Positions 55,964 through 64,000 of a DNA stretch of 64,000 nucleotides are shown here, one piece after another. The translations under genes were made by a program, and so were the position numbers. Source of the stretch: Bacillota bacterium (GTDB lineage: Bacteria; Bacillota; UBA994; UBA5500); assembly GCA_023622465.1 (NCBI GenBank), contig JAMNZE010000011.1, positions 1,588 to 65,587 on the forward strand. Direction: 5' to 3'. Each line of letters starts with the position of its first letter. The first letter of the stretch is position 1. The notes beneath the pieces are model-generated. The model searched no databases, was not told where the DNA came from, and saw nothing but the letters and a program-made list of their open reading frames with translations.

Positions 55964-56107
55964 TCCTAACCCCCCTTGAGTGAGTTGTAACCCATCTGTT
56001 CTATTATTCTAACAATCCTTTCCTGTCTCCTTCCTTATCTGCAAAAAATCCCATGATATAAAAAAAGGGCTACCCGCAGGCAGCCCCTTTCAGTTTCTCT
56101 AGTGAGA

Positions 56108-57331
56108 TTAAGTTCCAAACCATGAACGTAATAGACGCAAGAAGTTGCCTAAGAAGCCCAATTTGGCCACGTCCTGAGTAGCTATCAGATCAACCTGGGC
56201 CAAAACCTCATTGCCTTGTACCAGTTTAAGCACACCTAAGCGCTCCCCATTGGTTATGGGGGCAAATACCCGAGCCGGCAATTCCACCTGCTGCTCAAGT
56301 TCATCGAAAGATTGCCCCTTCTTGAGCAAAACCGCCAACGGTTCGGCAGTCTTAACAGGAATTCGTTGCACTTGGCCACGATTGACAGCTACGCTGGTTA
56401 CTTCACTTCCCGCTGGTACCACAATCCGGCCTATGTAATTGGCGAATCCATAGTTTAGCAGCTGGGTGACATCCTGGTAACGCAACTCATCGGAAGGTGC
56501 GCCCAACACTACGGCAATCAGCCGAAAACCATCCCGTTCGGCGGTGGCGCTCAGACAATAGCGAGCCGCATCGGTAAGCCCGGTCTTAAGTCCATCGGCT
56601 CCCGAATAGCCGCGAATGAAGCGATGGTTCGTGTTAAATAGCTCCACCGGCCCTTTAGACCGCTGCAAGTAAGTGATTCGTGTGGTCAACCAATCTTTTA
56701 GTATGGGCTGATACTTCAGCAAAGTCACTGACATCAAGGCCACATCATAGGCGGAGGAATAACCTTCGTCCCCCGGCTTACCAGTCACACTAATACCATC
56801 TAATCCGCAGGCGTTGATAAAATGGGTATTCTCCATACCCAGCTCCCGAGCTCGCTGATTCATTGCAGCTACAAAAGCCGATTCGGAGCCAGCCACATGC
56901 TCAGCCAAAGCCACTGCCGCATCATTGGCCGATTTAATTGCCACCGCCATGAGCATTTCCTCGACGGTGAATTGCTCACCCGGCTCCAAGTAAATCTGGG
57001 CGCCTCCGTAAGAGCAGGCATGGGGCGAAGCTGTAATTGTATCCTCTAATTTTATCTGCCCCGACTCTAAAGCCTCTAATACTAACAGCATAGTCATTAT
57101 TTTAGTTACCGACGCGATGGGTAAACGCTCGTCGGGGTTCTTACTTAGCAATACCTGCTTGGTCCCCATATCCATTAACACAGCAGCTTTCGAGTGTAAA
57201 TTCTCCTCTACAGCAGAAGCCATTACCGGCAAAAGGTTACTAGTATTAGGACTTGCCCAAGCGAAGCTAACAGAGGATGTAAGTAAGGCGACAAGCAAAC
57301 TTAAGGTAAGGCAATACCTAAAGGGCCGCAC
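56108..57331 (-). CDS. dacF: D-alanyl-D-alanine carboxypeptidase (S11), DacF-like
   Basis: It has a signal peptide, SVTK (SxxK) and KTG motifs, and conserved synteny immediately upstream of spoIIAA. Confidence 0.8.
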   Translation of the reverse strand: MRPFRYCLTLSLLVALLTSSVSFAWASPNTSNLLPVMASAVEENLHSKAAVLMDMGTKQVLLSKNPDERLPIASVTKIMTMLLVLEALESGQIKLEDTITASPHACSYGGAQIYLEPGEQFTVEEMLMAVAIKSANDAAVALAEHVAGSESAFVAAMNQRARELGMENTHFINACGLDGISVTGKPGDEGYSSAYDVALMSVTLLKYQPILKDWLTTRITYLQRSKGPVELFNTNHRFIRGYSGADGLKTGLTDAARYCLSATAERDGFRLIAVVLGAPSDELRYQDVTQLLNYGFANYIGRIVVPAGSEVTSVAVNRGQVQRIPVKTAEPLAVLLKKGQSFDELEQQVELPARVFAPITNGERLGVLKLVQGNEVLAQVDLIATQDVAKLGFLGNFLRLLRSWFGT

Positions 57332-57408
57332 ACCGATTCCCCCTTACAACATTTGTTATTAGCTTTGCCTGTGGGCGACCATATCATGCAATCTAGCCAT
57401 AAAATCCC

Positions 57409-58716
57409 TTACGAACGCAAAATTTCGGCAATCAATGGTCGTTTTTCTACTGGTTCTAAACTCAACTGCCAGGCGGACAAGGCCTCGGGGGCAACGGCTT
57501 GCAACAGTTCTTGTTTAGCCCCGTGTAAAACCGCCAACGCTTCCCCCTCCTCTACCCAGTCTTCACGCTTCTTGAGTAGGACAATACCAGCCGCCTTATC
57601 GATCTTCCCATCCTTCTTGGTACGGCCGGCACCTAGCTTGACTGCACATTGACCAATAGTATGGGCATCCAATTCGGCCACAAACCCCGCCTCCGGTGCA
57701 GCAAGAACTAACTGCTGTGGGCTGCTGGGCAAAAGACTAGGATCGTGCAAGTAACGAGCATCGCCACCTTGCCGGGTGACAAACTCAACAAACTTTTCCC
57801 AGGCCGCTCCGCTAACCAATAGTTGTTCCAGCTCGGTTTTGGCTTCACTATTATTACTGCTCAATCCGCTGCTGACCATTAACTCGGATGCGAGGGCTAA
57901 TACTAGTTCTCGCACATCGGCCGGTCCCCGGTTTTGCAAAACATCTATGGCTTCTTTGACTTCTATACTATTGCCCACCGCATACCCTAAGGGCTGGTTC
58001 ATATCACTCAAGATGGCACCCATCTTACGGCCGAAATGCTGCCCGATGGACATCATTATTTCCGCCAGACGGCGAGCTGCTTCCAGCGTAGGCATCAGTG
58101 CACCGCGGCCATACTTCACATCCAGCACGATGTGCTGGGCACCACCGGCCAGCTTCTTACTCATAATGGAGCTAGCAATTAAAGGCAAACTTCCCACGGT
58201 AGCCGTCACATCCCGTAAAGCATAAACCTGTTTGTCAGCAGGGGCTAGGGTGGGTCCAGCACCAATCATACTGAGGCCGATATGGCGCAGGTTCTGTAAG
58301 AATTCTTGATCAGTTAAATCGGTAGTAAAGCCGGGAATACTCTCCAGTTTATCGATAGTCCCTCCCGTGTGCCCCAAACCCCTGCCGGTTAATTTGGCCA
58401 CGGCTAAACCGGCGGCAGCCAGCAGGGGGGCCAGCACTAAACTGGTTTTATCCCCCACTCCACCGGTGCTATGCTTATCAACCGTGGGTCGGGGCAAGAA
58501 GCTCAAATCCAGCTGCTGACCGGAAGCCAAAAAAACCTCCGTTAAAGCCACCGTCTCCGCCGTAGTCATCCCCCGCAAATAGACCGCCATTAACCAGGCT
58601 GCCATTTGGTAATCGGGAACATTGCCTGCCAAGAATTCGGAGACTAACCACTGCAATTCTTCCCTGCTGAGCTCCAGCCCGTCTCGCTTCTTGGCTATGA
58701 TTTCCACAGCTAACAT
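57409..58716 (-). CDS. pdp: pyrimidine-nucleoside (thymidine) phosphorylase
   Basis: It has the glycosyl transferase family 3 signature and STGGVGDKTSLVLAP. Confidence 0.85.
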   Translation of the reverse strand: MLAVEIIAKKRDGLELSREELQWLVSEFLAGNVPDYQMAAWLMAVYLRGMTTAETVALTEVFLASGQQLDLSFLPRPTVDKHSTGGVGDKTSLVLAPLLAAAGLAVAKLTGRGLGHTGGTIDKLESIPGFTTDLTDQEFLQNLRHIGLSMIGAGPTLAPADKQVYALRDVTATVGSLPLIASSIMSKKLAGGAQHIVLDVKYGRGALMPTLEAARRLAEIMMSIGQHFGRKMGAILSDMNQPLGYAVGNSIEVKEAIDVLQNRGPADVRELVLALASELMVSSGLSSNNSEAKTELEQLLVSGAAWEKFVEFVTRQGGDARYLHDPSLLPSSPQQLVLAAPEAGFVAELDAHTIGQCAVKLGAGRTKKDGKIDKAAGIVLLKKREDWVEEGEALAVLHGAKQELLQAVAPEALSAWQLSLEPVEKRPLIAEILRS

Positions 58717-59888
58717 TCCTCTATCCCCTCCAAAATGTTTTGGCCGCAGTCCAAAGGTTCAACTCCTAACCAACAGGCGGCCGTATATCCAATCCAACAA
58801 AGGCTATCGGCGTCGGGCAAAACACTACCGCCGTCAAAGCGAGGGCTATATAACATTGCCGGCACATACTCGCGGGAATGATCGCTGCTGGGAGTTGTAG
58901 GGTCGCAACCGTGGTCGGCGGTGATAATCAACAAATCCTCCTCCCTAAGGGCAGCTATAAGCTCGGGCAAAGCCTGATCAAAGGCAGCTAACGCCTGGGC
59001 ATAGCCGACCGGGTCGTTGCGGTGGCCGTAAAGCATATCGAAGTCAACTAGATTAGTAAAGATGAGACTACCATGTCCCGATTTGATGGCCTCCCAGGTG
59101 GCCCTAATACCTTCTTGATTATTGCTGGTTTTCTGGCTCTTGGTAATACCACTACCGGCAAAAATATCGCCAATCTTGCCTATCCCTATTACCGTCCCCC
59201 CGGCATCTTCGATACGGTTTAACAGGGTATAGCCGGGACTAACAGAAAAATCCCGCCGGTTTGCCGTCCGGTGGTAATGGGGGTACTCGCCCACGAAGGG
59301 ACGCGCTATTACTCTAGCTACCTTATGTTCCGAGCGCTGCATGTAGGCATGGGTTTGCTCACAAATGTAATAAAGCTCCTCCAAGGGCACCACCTGTTCG
59401 TGGGCTGCAATCTGTAGCACACTGTCGGCTGAAGTATAAAGGATCAGTGCGCCTGTAGCCTCATGCTGCGGACCCAATTCCCGAATTATTTCGGTGCCAC
59501 TGGCAGTTACATTCCCAATTACCTCCCGACCACTTAAGCGAGAAAGAAAGTCAATAACACTGGTTGGAAAACCCTGCGGGTATGTGGCAAAAGGTTGCTC
59601 TTGGGGGAACCCCATCATTTCCCAATGGCCGGTTAAAGTATCCTTTGCTGGTGATTGGGTAGCCAGCCGTAGCACATAGCCTTGTGGCTGGGCCACGGGC
59701 GGTAGTTCCGGGTGGTTCAATAAGTTACCCAGTCCCAGTTGCTGCAAATGAGGTAAGTCTACTGGCGCCACATCTAAAATGTTTCCCAAGGTGTTGCTGC
59801 CCGCATCTCCAAACAGATGGGCATCGGGCAGGGCCCCGATCCCTAAGCTATCTAGAACTACAATAATAACTCTTGCCAATCTGCTCAT
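58710..59888 (-). CDS. deoB: phosphopentomutase
   Basis: The alkaline-phosphatase-like metal-binding N-terminus IIVVLDSLGIGA and DeoB-like similarity over its full length are present. Confidence 0.9.
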   Translation of the reverse strand: MSRLARVIIVVLDSLGIGALPDAHLFGDAGSNTLGNILDVAPVDLPHLQQLGLGNLLNHPELPPVAQPQGYVLRLATQSPAKDTLTGHWEMMGFPQEQPFATYPQGFPTSVIDFLSRLSGREVIGNVTASGTEIIRELGPQHEATGALILYTSADSVLQIAAHEQVVPLEELYYICEQTHAYMQRSEHKVARVIARPFVGEYPHYHRTANRRDFSVSPGYTLLNRIEDAGGTVIGIGKIGDIFAGSGITKSQKTSNNQEGIRATWEAIKSGHGSLIFTNLVDFDMLYGHRNDPVGYAQALAAFDQALPELIAALREEDLLIITADHGCDPTTPSSDHSREYVPAMLYSPRFDGGSVLPDADSLCWIGYTAACWLGVEPLDCGQNILEGIEEC

Positions 59889-59950
59889 CTCCTTTGCAAG
59901 TTACAAAACCTGCTCTCCTAACGAGGGAGAACAGGTCTTTGCGGGAAACG

Positions 59951-60844
59951 CTATGCTCGTGGGTGGGATTTACGGTAAACTTCTTTGAGGCGATTGCGAG
60001 TAACATGGGTGTAAATTTGCGTTGTAGAAATATCCGCATGACCCAACATCTCTTGCACTGAGCGTAAGTCGGCACCATTCTCTAGCAAATGGGTGGCAAA
60101 GGAATGGCGCAAAGTATGGGGAGTGATGTTAACATCGATGCCTGCCTCCTGCGCATAGCGCTTGAGTATTTTCCAAAAGCCTTGGCGGGTCAGCCTGCGG
60201 CCATGGTGATTGACAAACAAGGCCGTTTCTCCACTGCGCCTAACCAGTTCGTGGCGTGCCACCTGTAGATATAGCTCCAAATACTTGATAGCCACCGACC
60301 CAAGGGGAACTATACGCTCCTTATCTCCCTTGCCTAAACAACGCAAGTAGCCCGCTTCCAAATTAATATCGGTCAGATCTAATGAAATTAATTCGCTGAC
60401 CCGTAGACCGGTGGCATAAATAACTTCCAGCATGGCCTTGTCGCGAATGCTGTGGGGATTTTCTAATGTAGGTTGATTGAGCAGGGCTTCAACCTCGTTT
60501 AGATTAAGAACCCGTGGTAAACGTTTTTCCACTTTCGGTGACTCCAGATGGGCCGTGGGGTCTTTCTCTATAAGGTTTTCTGCTAATAGAAATTGGTAGA
60601 AAGACTTTATCGCTGCTAAGTTGCGTGAGATTGTGGAGGACGCTCTACCCATATTATGTAATTCTTCCAGATAGGCACGCACCGCGTCCTTTTCCGCATC
60701 CCGAAAAGAATTAACATTATGTTTTTGTAGGAAACGTGCATATGCCCTCAAATCCCGCCCGTAGGCGTCGAGCGTATTTGGAGCCAAACCCCGTTCCACA
60801 CTTAGAAAGGCTAAATATTCTTCAATCTGTTGCTCCATGGACAT
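59951..60844 (-). CDS. xerD: tyrosine recombinase XerD
   Basis: The catalytic residues RHSFATHLL...HADISTTQIYTHV are present and the gene is chromosomal, in conserved sporulation-region synteny. Confidence 0.85.
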   Translation of the reverse strand: MSMEQQIEEYLAFLSVERGLAPNTLDAYGRDLRAYARFLQKHNVNSFRDAEKDAVRAYLEELHNMGRASSTISRNLAAIKSFYQFLLAENLIEKDPTAHLESPKVEKRLPRVLNLNEVEALLNQPTLENPHSIRDKAMLEVIYATGLRVSELISLDLTDINLEAGYLRCLGKGDKERIVPLGSVAIKYLELYLQVARHELVRRSGETALFVNHHGRRLTRQGFWKILKRYAQEAGIDVNITPHTLRHSFATHLLENGADLRSVQEMLGHADISTTQIYTHVTRNRLKEVYRKSHPRA

Positions 60845-60941
60845 CCTCCGATTATTTATGTGAAGTCGGTCACTTCTAGTATTCCACGCCCAAGCGGCTA
60901 AATCCTGCCCATCTATGCTTATGTAAAGCTGCTTGTCGATG

Positions 60942-60978
60942 AAAAAAAATTGGGGCTCTCCTACTCAGGACAGCCCCC
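60942..60978 (-). terminator. terminator after the small membrane gene
   Basis: A gggggctgtcc...ggagagcccc stem is followed by an 8-nt U-run on the minus strand. Confidence 0.7.
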
Positions 60979-60995
60979 GATGTGCAGTCCGCACT

Positions 60996-61250
60996 TCAAA
61001 AACCAAATTTAAACCAAAGGCGCAGGCTGCCGAGCCAGCGCTGCCAGAAACTTTGAGCGCCTTTTCCTTGCAACTGTGAGGTTGTAGCCTTAATAATCTC
61101 TTCGGCTCCATTCAGCTCCGCCCCGCCGGTCATCGTTGCTGCTATCCGCCAAACAACAATAACAATCACTAGTAGTGCTAAACAAATGGCGGCCAGCTTA
61201 ACTATTTTTCCCCAATTCTTGCCCAAAGGACCAATGGTGATCACAAACAT
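60996..61250 (-). CDS. hypothetical small membrane protein (84 aa)
   Basis: It has a single TM (AAICLALLVIVIVVW) and lies downstream of ddl; no family was recognised. Confidence 0.3.
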   Translation of the reverse strand: MFVITIGPLGKNWGKIVKLAAICLALLVIVIVVWRIAATMTGGAELNGAEEIIKATTSQLQGKGAQSFWQRWLGSLRLWFKFGF

Positions 61251-61309
61251 GGCGCTCGCCTCCTTCCCCTTGCCCTGCGGGCCAGGGCGTTTACCTATTT
61301 ATATGCGAG

Positions 61310-62365
61310 CTAGCTGATGACCATACCAAAGGCCCGTCTTTCCGCATGCCGCTCTAAAGCATAAACGATTAATTCATCGATAAGCCGAGAATAGGCTAAA
61401 CCACTAGCTTCCCATAGTTTAGGATAGGCCGAAATACGGGTAAACCCGGGCATGGTATTGACCTCATTAATTAAGAACTGTTCGTCGGCTCTACGTAAGA
61501 AGAAATCGACGCGAGCCAATCCGCTACAACCGACGGCCTTGTAGACACTGAGTGCCAATTGTTGCACCTCAGCAACCTGCTTCGGTGTTAAAGGAGCAGG
61601 AATGATCACTTGCGAGTCGCTTACATATTTGGCCTCATAATCGTAAAACTCGGCGGCAGGAACAATTTCGCCAGGTACGGAGACCACCGGTTCGTCATTG
61701 CCTAGGACACTGCACTCGATTTCCCGTCCATCAATAAAAGCTTCAATCACAATCTTACTGTCATAGGTGGCAGCCAGCTCTAATGCCTGAGGCAAACTAT
61801 CGGGAATATGCACTTTGCTAATCCCCACACTGCTGCCCATATTAGCCGGCTTTACAAAGCAGGGAAAGCCTAATTGCTCCTCAACGGCCCTTAGTACCGC
61901 CGCCGGTTGTTCCCGACAATAATTACTCTGAAAAGTTAAGAAAGATCCTTGGGGAAAACCACACTGGGCGAAGACCTGCTTAGCCATCGCCTTATCCAGG
62001 CAAAGGGAAGAAGCCAACACGCCAGAACCCACATAGGGAATATCCAGAATTTCCAATAGGCCCTGGATAGTTCCATCTTCACCGTAGGGTCCGTGCAAAA
62101 CGGGAAAAGCCACATCTACCCCAGCTAAGGCCTCCACCGGATTTTGACCCACCTCTGTCTCAGGCACACTCTCCCCTTGAGCCAAAACCTCCAAGGGATT
62201 TAAACCCCGTATCCACTTGCCCGATTTGCTAATGGCAACAGGAATTAATTCATATTTATCACGGTCGGCCGCACGCCAGACCGATGCTGCCGATTGTACC
62301 GATACTTCGTGTTCTGCTGAACGGCCACCGAATAACACTGCTAACTTTCTATGGGCCATTGCCAC
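61310..62365 (-). CDS. ddl: D-alanine--D-alanine ligase
   Basis: It has the ATP-grasp motifs and the N-terminus VLFGGRSAEHEVS. It starts immediately after the upstream dac stop. Confidence 0.9.
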   Translation of the reverse strand: MAMAHRKLAVLFGGRSAEHEVSVQSAASVWRAADRDKYELIPVAISKSGKWIRGLNPLEVLAQGESVPETEVGQNPVEALAGVDVAFPVLHGPYGEDGTIQGLLEILDIPYVGSGVLASSLCLDKAMAKQVFAQCGFPQGSFLTFQSNYCREQPAAVLRAVEEQLGFPCFVKPANMGSSVGISKVHIPDSLPQALELAATYDSKIVIEAFIDGREIECSVLGNDEPVVSVPGEIVPAAEFYDYEAKYVSDSQVIIPAPLTPKQVAEVQQLALSVYKAVGCSGLARVDFFLRRADEQFLINEVNTMPGFTRISAYPKLWEASGLAYSRLIDELIVYALERHAERRAFGMVIS

Positions 62366-63550
62366 CTACCTCCTTTTCAGGCTCTGAAATCCGCTTACCT
62401 TCGGATTAATAAAACGCATGGCCACACCAACAAATCCAAAAACCAATAGAACCTCCCAATAGGTGTACCAATTCCGTGACACATCATGGGCCACAATTGC
62501 CTCTACCGCACCCACAGGCTCCCCGTCTAAGAAGTAGGTCACTTTCCCCACTACTTGCCCTTCAGTCAGGGGTGCCTGTAGAGGGTCGTTGAGGGTTAGC
62601 TCCCAGGTTACCGGCAACTGTCTATCCTGTTTTGCCCTAATAACTACTAGTTCGGAACCAGCCACCAATAGGGCTCTTTCTGTGGTATAGCGAACAGGTA
62701 CGGCCGTAACTGCCCTACCTTTACCTATGGGGGAGATGCTAGACCAATTCGCGAAACCATAGTCTAAGAGGGTTTTGGCATCCTGCCACATAGCAGCACC
62801 TTGGGCCTTGAATAGAGCCACCCCTAATTTGAGGTTGCCAGCCTGGGCAGCTGTGACTAGGCAATTGCCAGCGGCACGCGTATAACCGGTCTTCCCACCT
62901 AGTGTACCCTCATACTCGGTCAACATCTTATTACCGTTAATCAAGGGGCGTCTCTCCCCCGTTGGTAGATCTATATAATAAACGCGCGTGGAAGTTATTT
63001 CTCGAATAAGCGGTTCTTTAAAAGCCGCTGCAAAAATTTTGGCCATATCTTTGGCTGTAGTGTAGTGATCCTCATCGGGAAGCCCACTGGGGTTAACGAA
63101 GTTACTATTGGTGGCTCCCAACTCCTTGGCTCGCGCGTTCATCAAGTCGGCAAATTGGGCTACTGAACCAGAAACATATTCCGCCAAAGCGACGGCCACA
63201 TCATTAGCAGAATGGACTAAAAGAGCGTATAACAAATCCTTTACTCTGTATTCTTCCCCTTCTTTGCAGTAAAGGGCAGTACCCTCCTGATGTTCCGCAT
63301 TACTGCTAATGGTCACCACATCGGAAAGATTGCCCCGCTCAATTACTAACAAAGCGGTTAGAATCTTTGTAGTGCTGGCTGGATAGACCTTTTCCTCCGC
63401 TTTAAAACCCGCCAAAACTTCACCTGTGGTTAAATCAAATAAAGCGGCCGCCTTTGACGATATGGGGGGCAAAGACGCCGCTTCACTGGGAGTGATAATT
63501 GTCATAACAACCAATAAAGAAATCATCAAGATGCCTACAAAATATCGCAC
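62366..63550 (-). CDS. D-alanyl-D-alanine carboxypeptidase (S11, DacA/PBP5-like)
   Basis: It has a signal peptide, ASTTK (SxxK) and KTG, and a GTG start with a GGGAGGTGG Shine-Dalgarno. Confidence 0.8.
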   Translation of the reverse strand: MRYFVGILMISLLVVMTIITPSEAASLPPISSKAAALFDLTTGEVLAGFKAEEKVYPASTTKILTALLVIERGNLSDVVTISSNAEHQEGTALYCKEGEEYRVKDLLYALLVHSANDVAVALAEYVSGSVAQFADLMNARAKELGATNSNFVNPSGLPDEDHYTTAKDMAKIFAAAFKEPLIREITSTRVYYIDLPTGERRPLINGNKMLTEYEGTLGGKTGYTRAAGNCLVTAAQAGNLKLGVALFKAQGAAMWQDAKTLLDYGFANWSSISPIGKGRAVTAVPVRYTTERALLVAGSELVVIRAKQDRQLPVTWELTLNDPLQAPLTEGQVVGKVTYFLDGEPVGAVEAIVAHDVSRNWYTYWEVLLVFGFVGVAMRFINPKVSGFQSLKRR

Positions 63551-63627
63551 GCCGCATCCACCTCCCGTTAATTATAACAGAGGAGAACCGGTCTGCGTAC
63601 CAAGAGCTACTTACAGTTTAATCCAAT

Positions 63628-64000
63628 CTATAGAAAGCGGGATATCAATTTTACCAGTAAAGGTGAAAACCAGGTCTCAATTATGCTAGCTACAAAGATT
63701 ACTATCCCCGCCAATAAACAGTTACCCCCATACTGGATGAAACGTTGCCTAAAAGTGGAGCGGCGGGGTCGCAACGATGGGCGCAAAGTTTGAATAGTAA
63801 AAAAGATGGACATGGCGGAGATGGACAAGAGGGCGGGTACTAATAAGAGATTATGCGGTAAAACCGAGCAAGCCGCTAACAAGAAACCTTTGGCCCCCAT
63901 CTGATGCACCAAAAACCCAACGGAAAAGCCCAACACAAAGCCCTGAAAGAAGACAATGACAATCACAATAGGTAACCCAAAAATCAAAATCCCCAGGAGC
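63628..64000 (-). CDS. spoIIM: polytopic membrane protein, possibly the C-terminal part of stage II sporulation protein M; the N-terminus lies beyond the window
   Basis: It has several TM helices, and its position next to the dac-ddl-xerD block resembles the spoIIM neighbourhood in Bacillus. The ORF is open to the window edge. Confidence 0.35.
   Translation of the reverse strand, partial: LLGILIFGLPIVIVIVFFQGFVLGFSVGFLVHQMGAKGFLLAACSVLPHNLLLVPALLSISAMSIFFTIQTLRPSLRPRRSTFRQRFIQYGGNCLLAGIVIFVASIIETWFSPLLVKLISRFL

Noticed and set aside
59848-60078. A 76-aa minus-strand ORF between deoB and xerD
   Set aside because: It overlaps the 3' end of xerD in another frame and has no Shine-Dalgarno, so it is most likely spurious.
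59951-60844. A tyrosine recombinase as a sign of an integrated mobile element
   Set aside because: The gene shows XerD-type conservation and sits in the conserved chromosomal neighbourhood with deoB/pdp and the spoIIM-side genes. No att-like repeats, phage genes or transposase genes flank it.
61310-63550. A vancomycin-resistance-like vanY-ddl module
   Set aside because: The carboxypeptidase is an S11 serine PBP5-type enzyme (SxxK/KTG), not an M15 VanY. ddl is the housekeeping ligase, and there is no vanH/vanX or vanRS.

Overview
This window reads as a core chromosomal region of an endospore-forming Firmicute with Clostridia/Peptococcaceae-type gene organisation; GC content is about 50%. Roughly 80 protein genes are called, almost all on the minus strand and tightly packed, with many ATGA-type stop/start overlaps. 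Sporulation genes dominate: spoIVA, spoIIP, dacB-spmA-spmB, ytfI-ytfJ, spoVAC-spoVAD-spoVAEb, dacF-spoIIAA-spoIIAB-sigF, sigH, spoIIM (partial), a CotF-like pair, a YhcN/YlaJ lipoprotein and surE. Housekeeping genes include coaX, mgtE, plsY, a Ctp protease, three tandem M42 peptidases, cheR, speH, gpsA, der, cmk-plsC-(ispH::rpsA fusion), aroH, rluB, ridA, scpA/scpB, a DHH-CBS-CCA-adding fusion, pdp, deoB, xerD and ddl. There are nine tRNA genes: tRNA-Trp, a seven-tRNA cluster and a lone tRNA-Pro(GGG), each behind a near-consensus sigma-A promoter and followed by a terminator. No CRISPR array, transposase, integrase (other than chromosomal xerD), phage genes or classical defence genes were seen. 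The most interesting candidate for an undescribed association is a co-directional, gap-poor cluster at 15.2-22.1 kb that runs ku, ligD-ligase, ligD-polymerase, an orphan MtnA-like isomerase, a cytoplasmic GH2 glycosidase and a DUF4438-like protein, flanked upstream by an uncharacterised Cys-motif protein next to sigH. Other points worth checking are a probable CTG-initiated DUF3189-like gene, a structured 217-bp intergenic region before the DHH-CBS-CCA gene, and palindromic operator-like sites upstream of the M42 operon.
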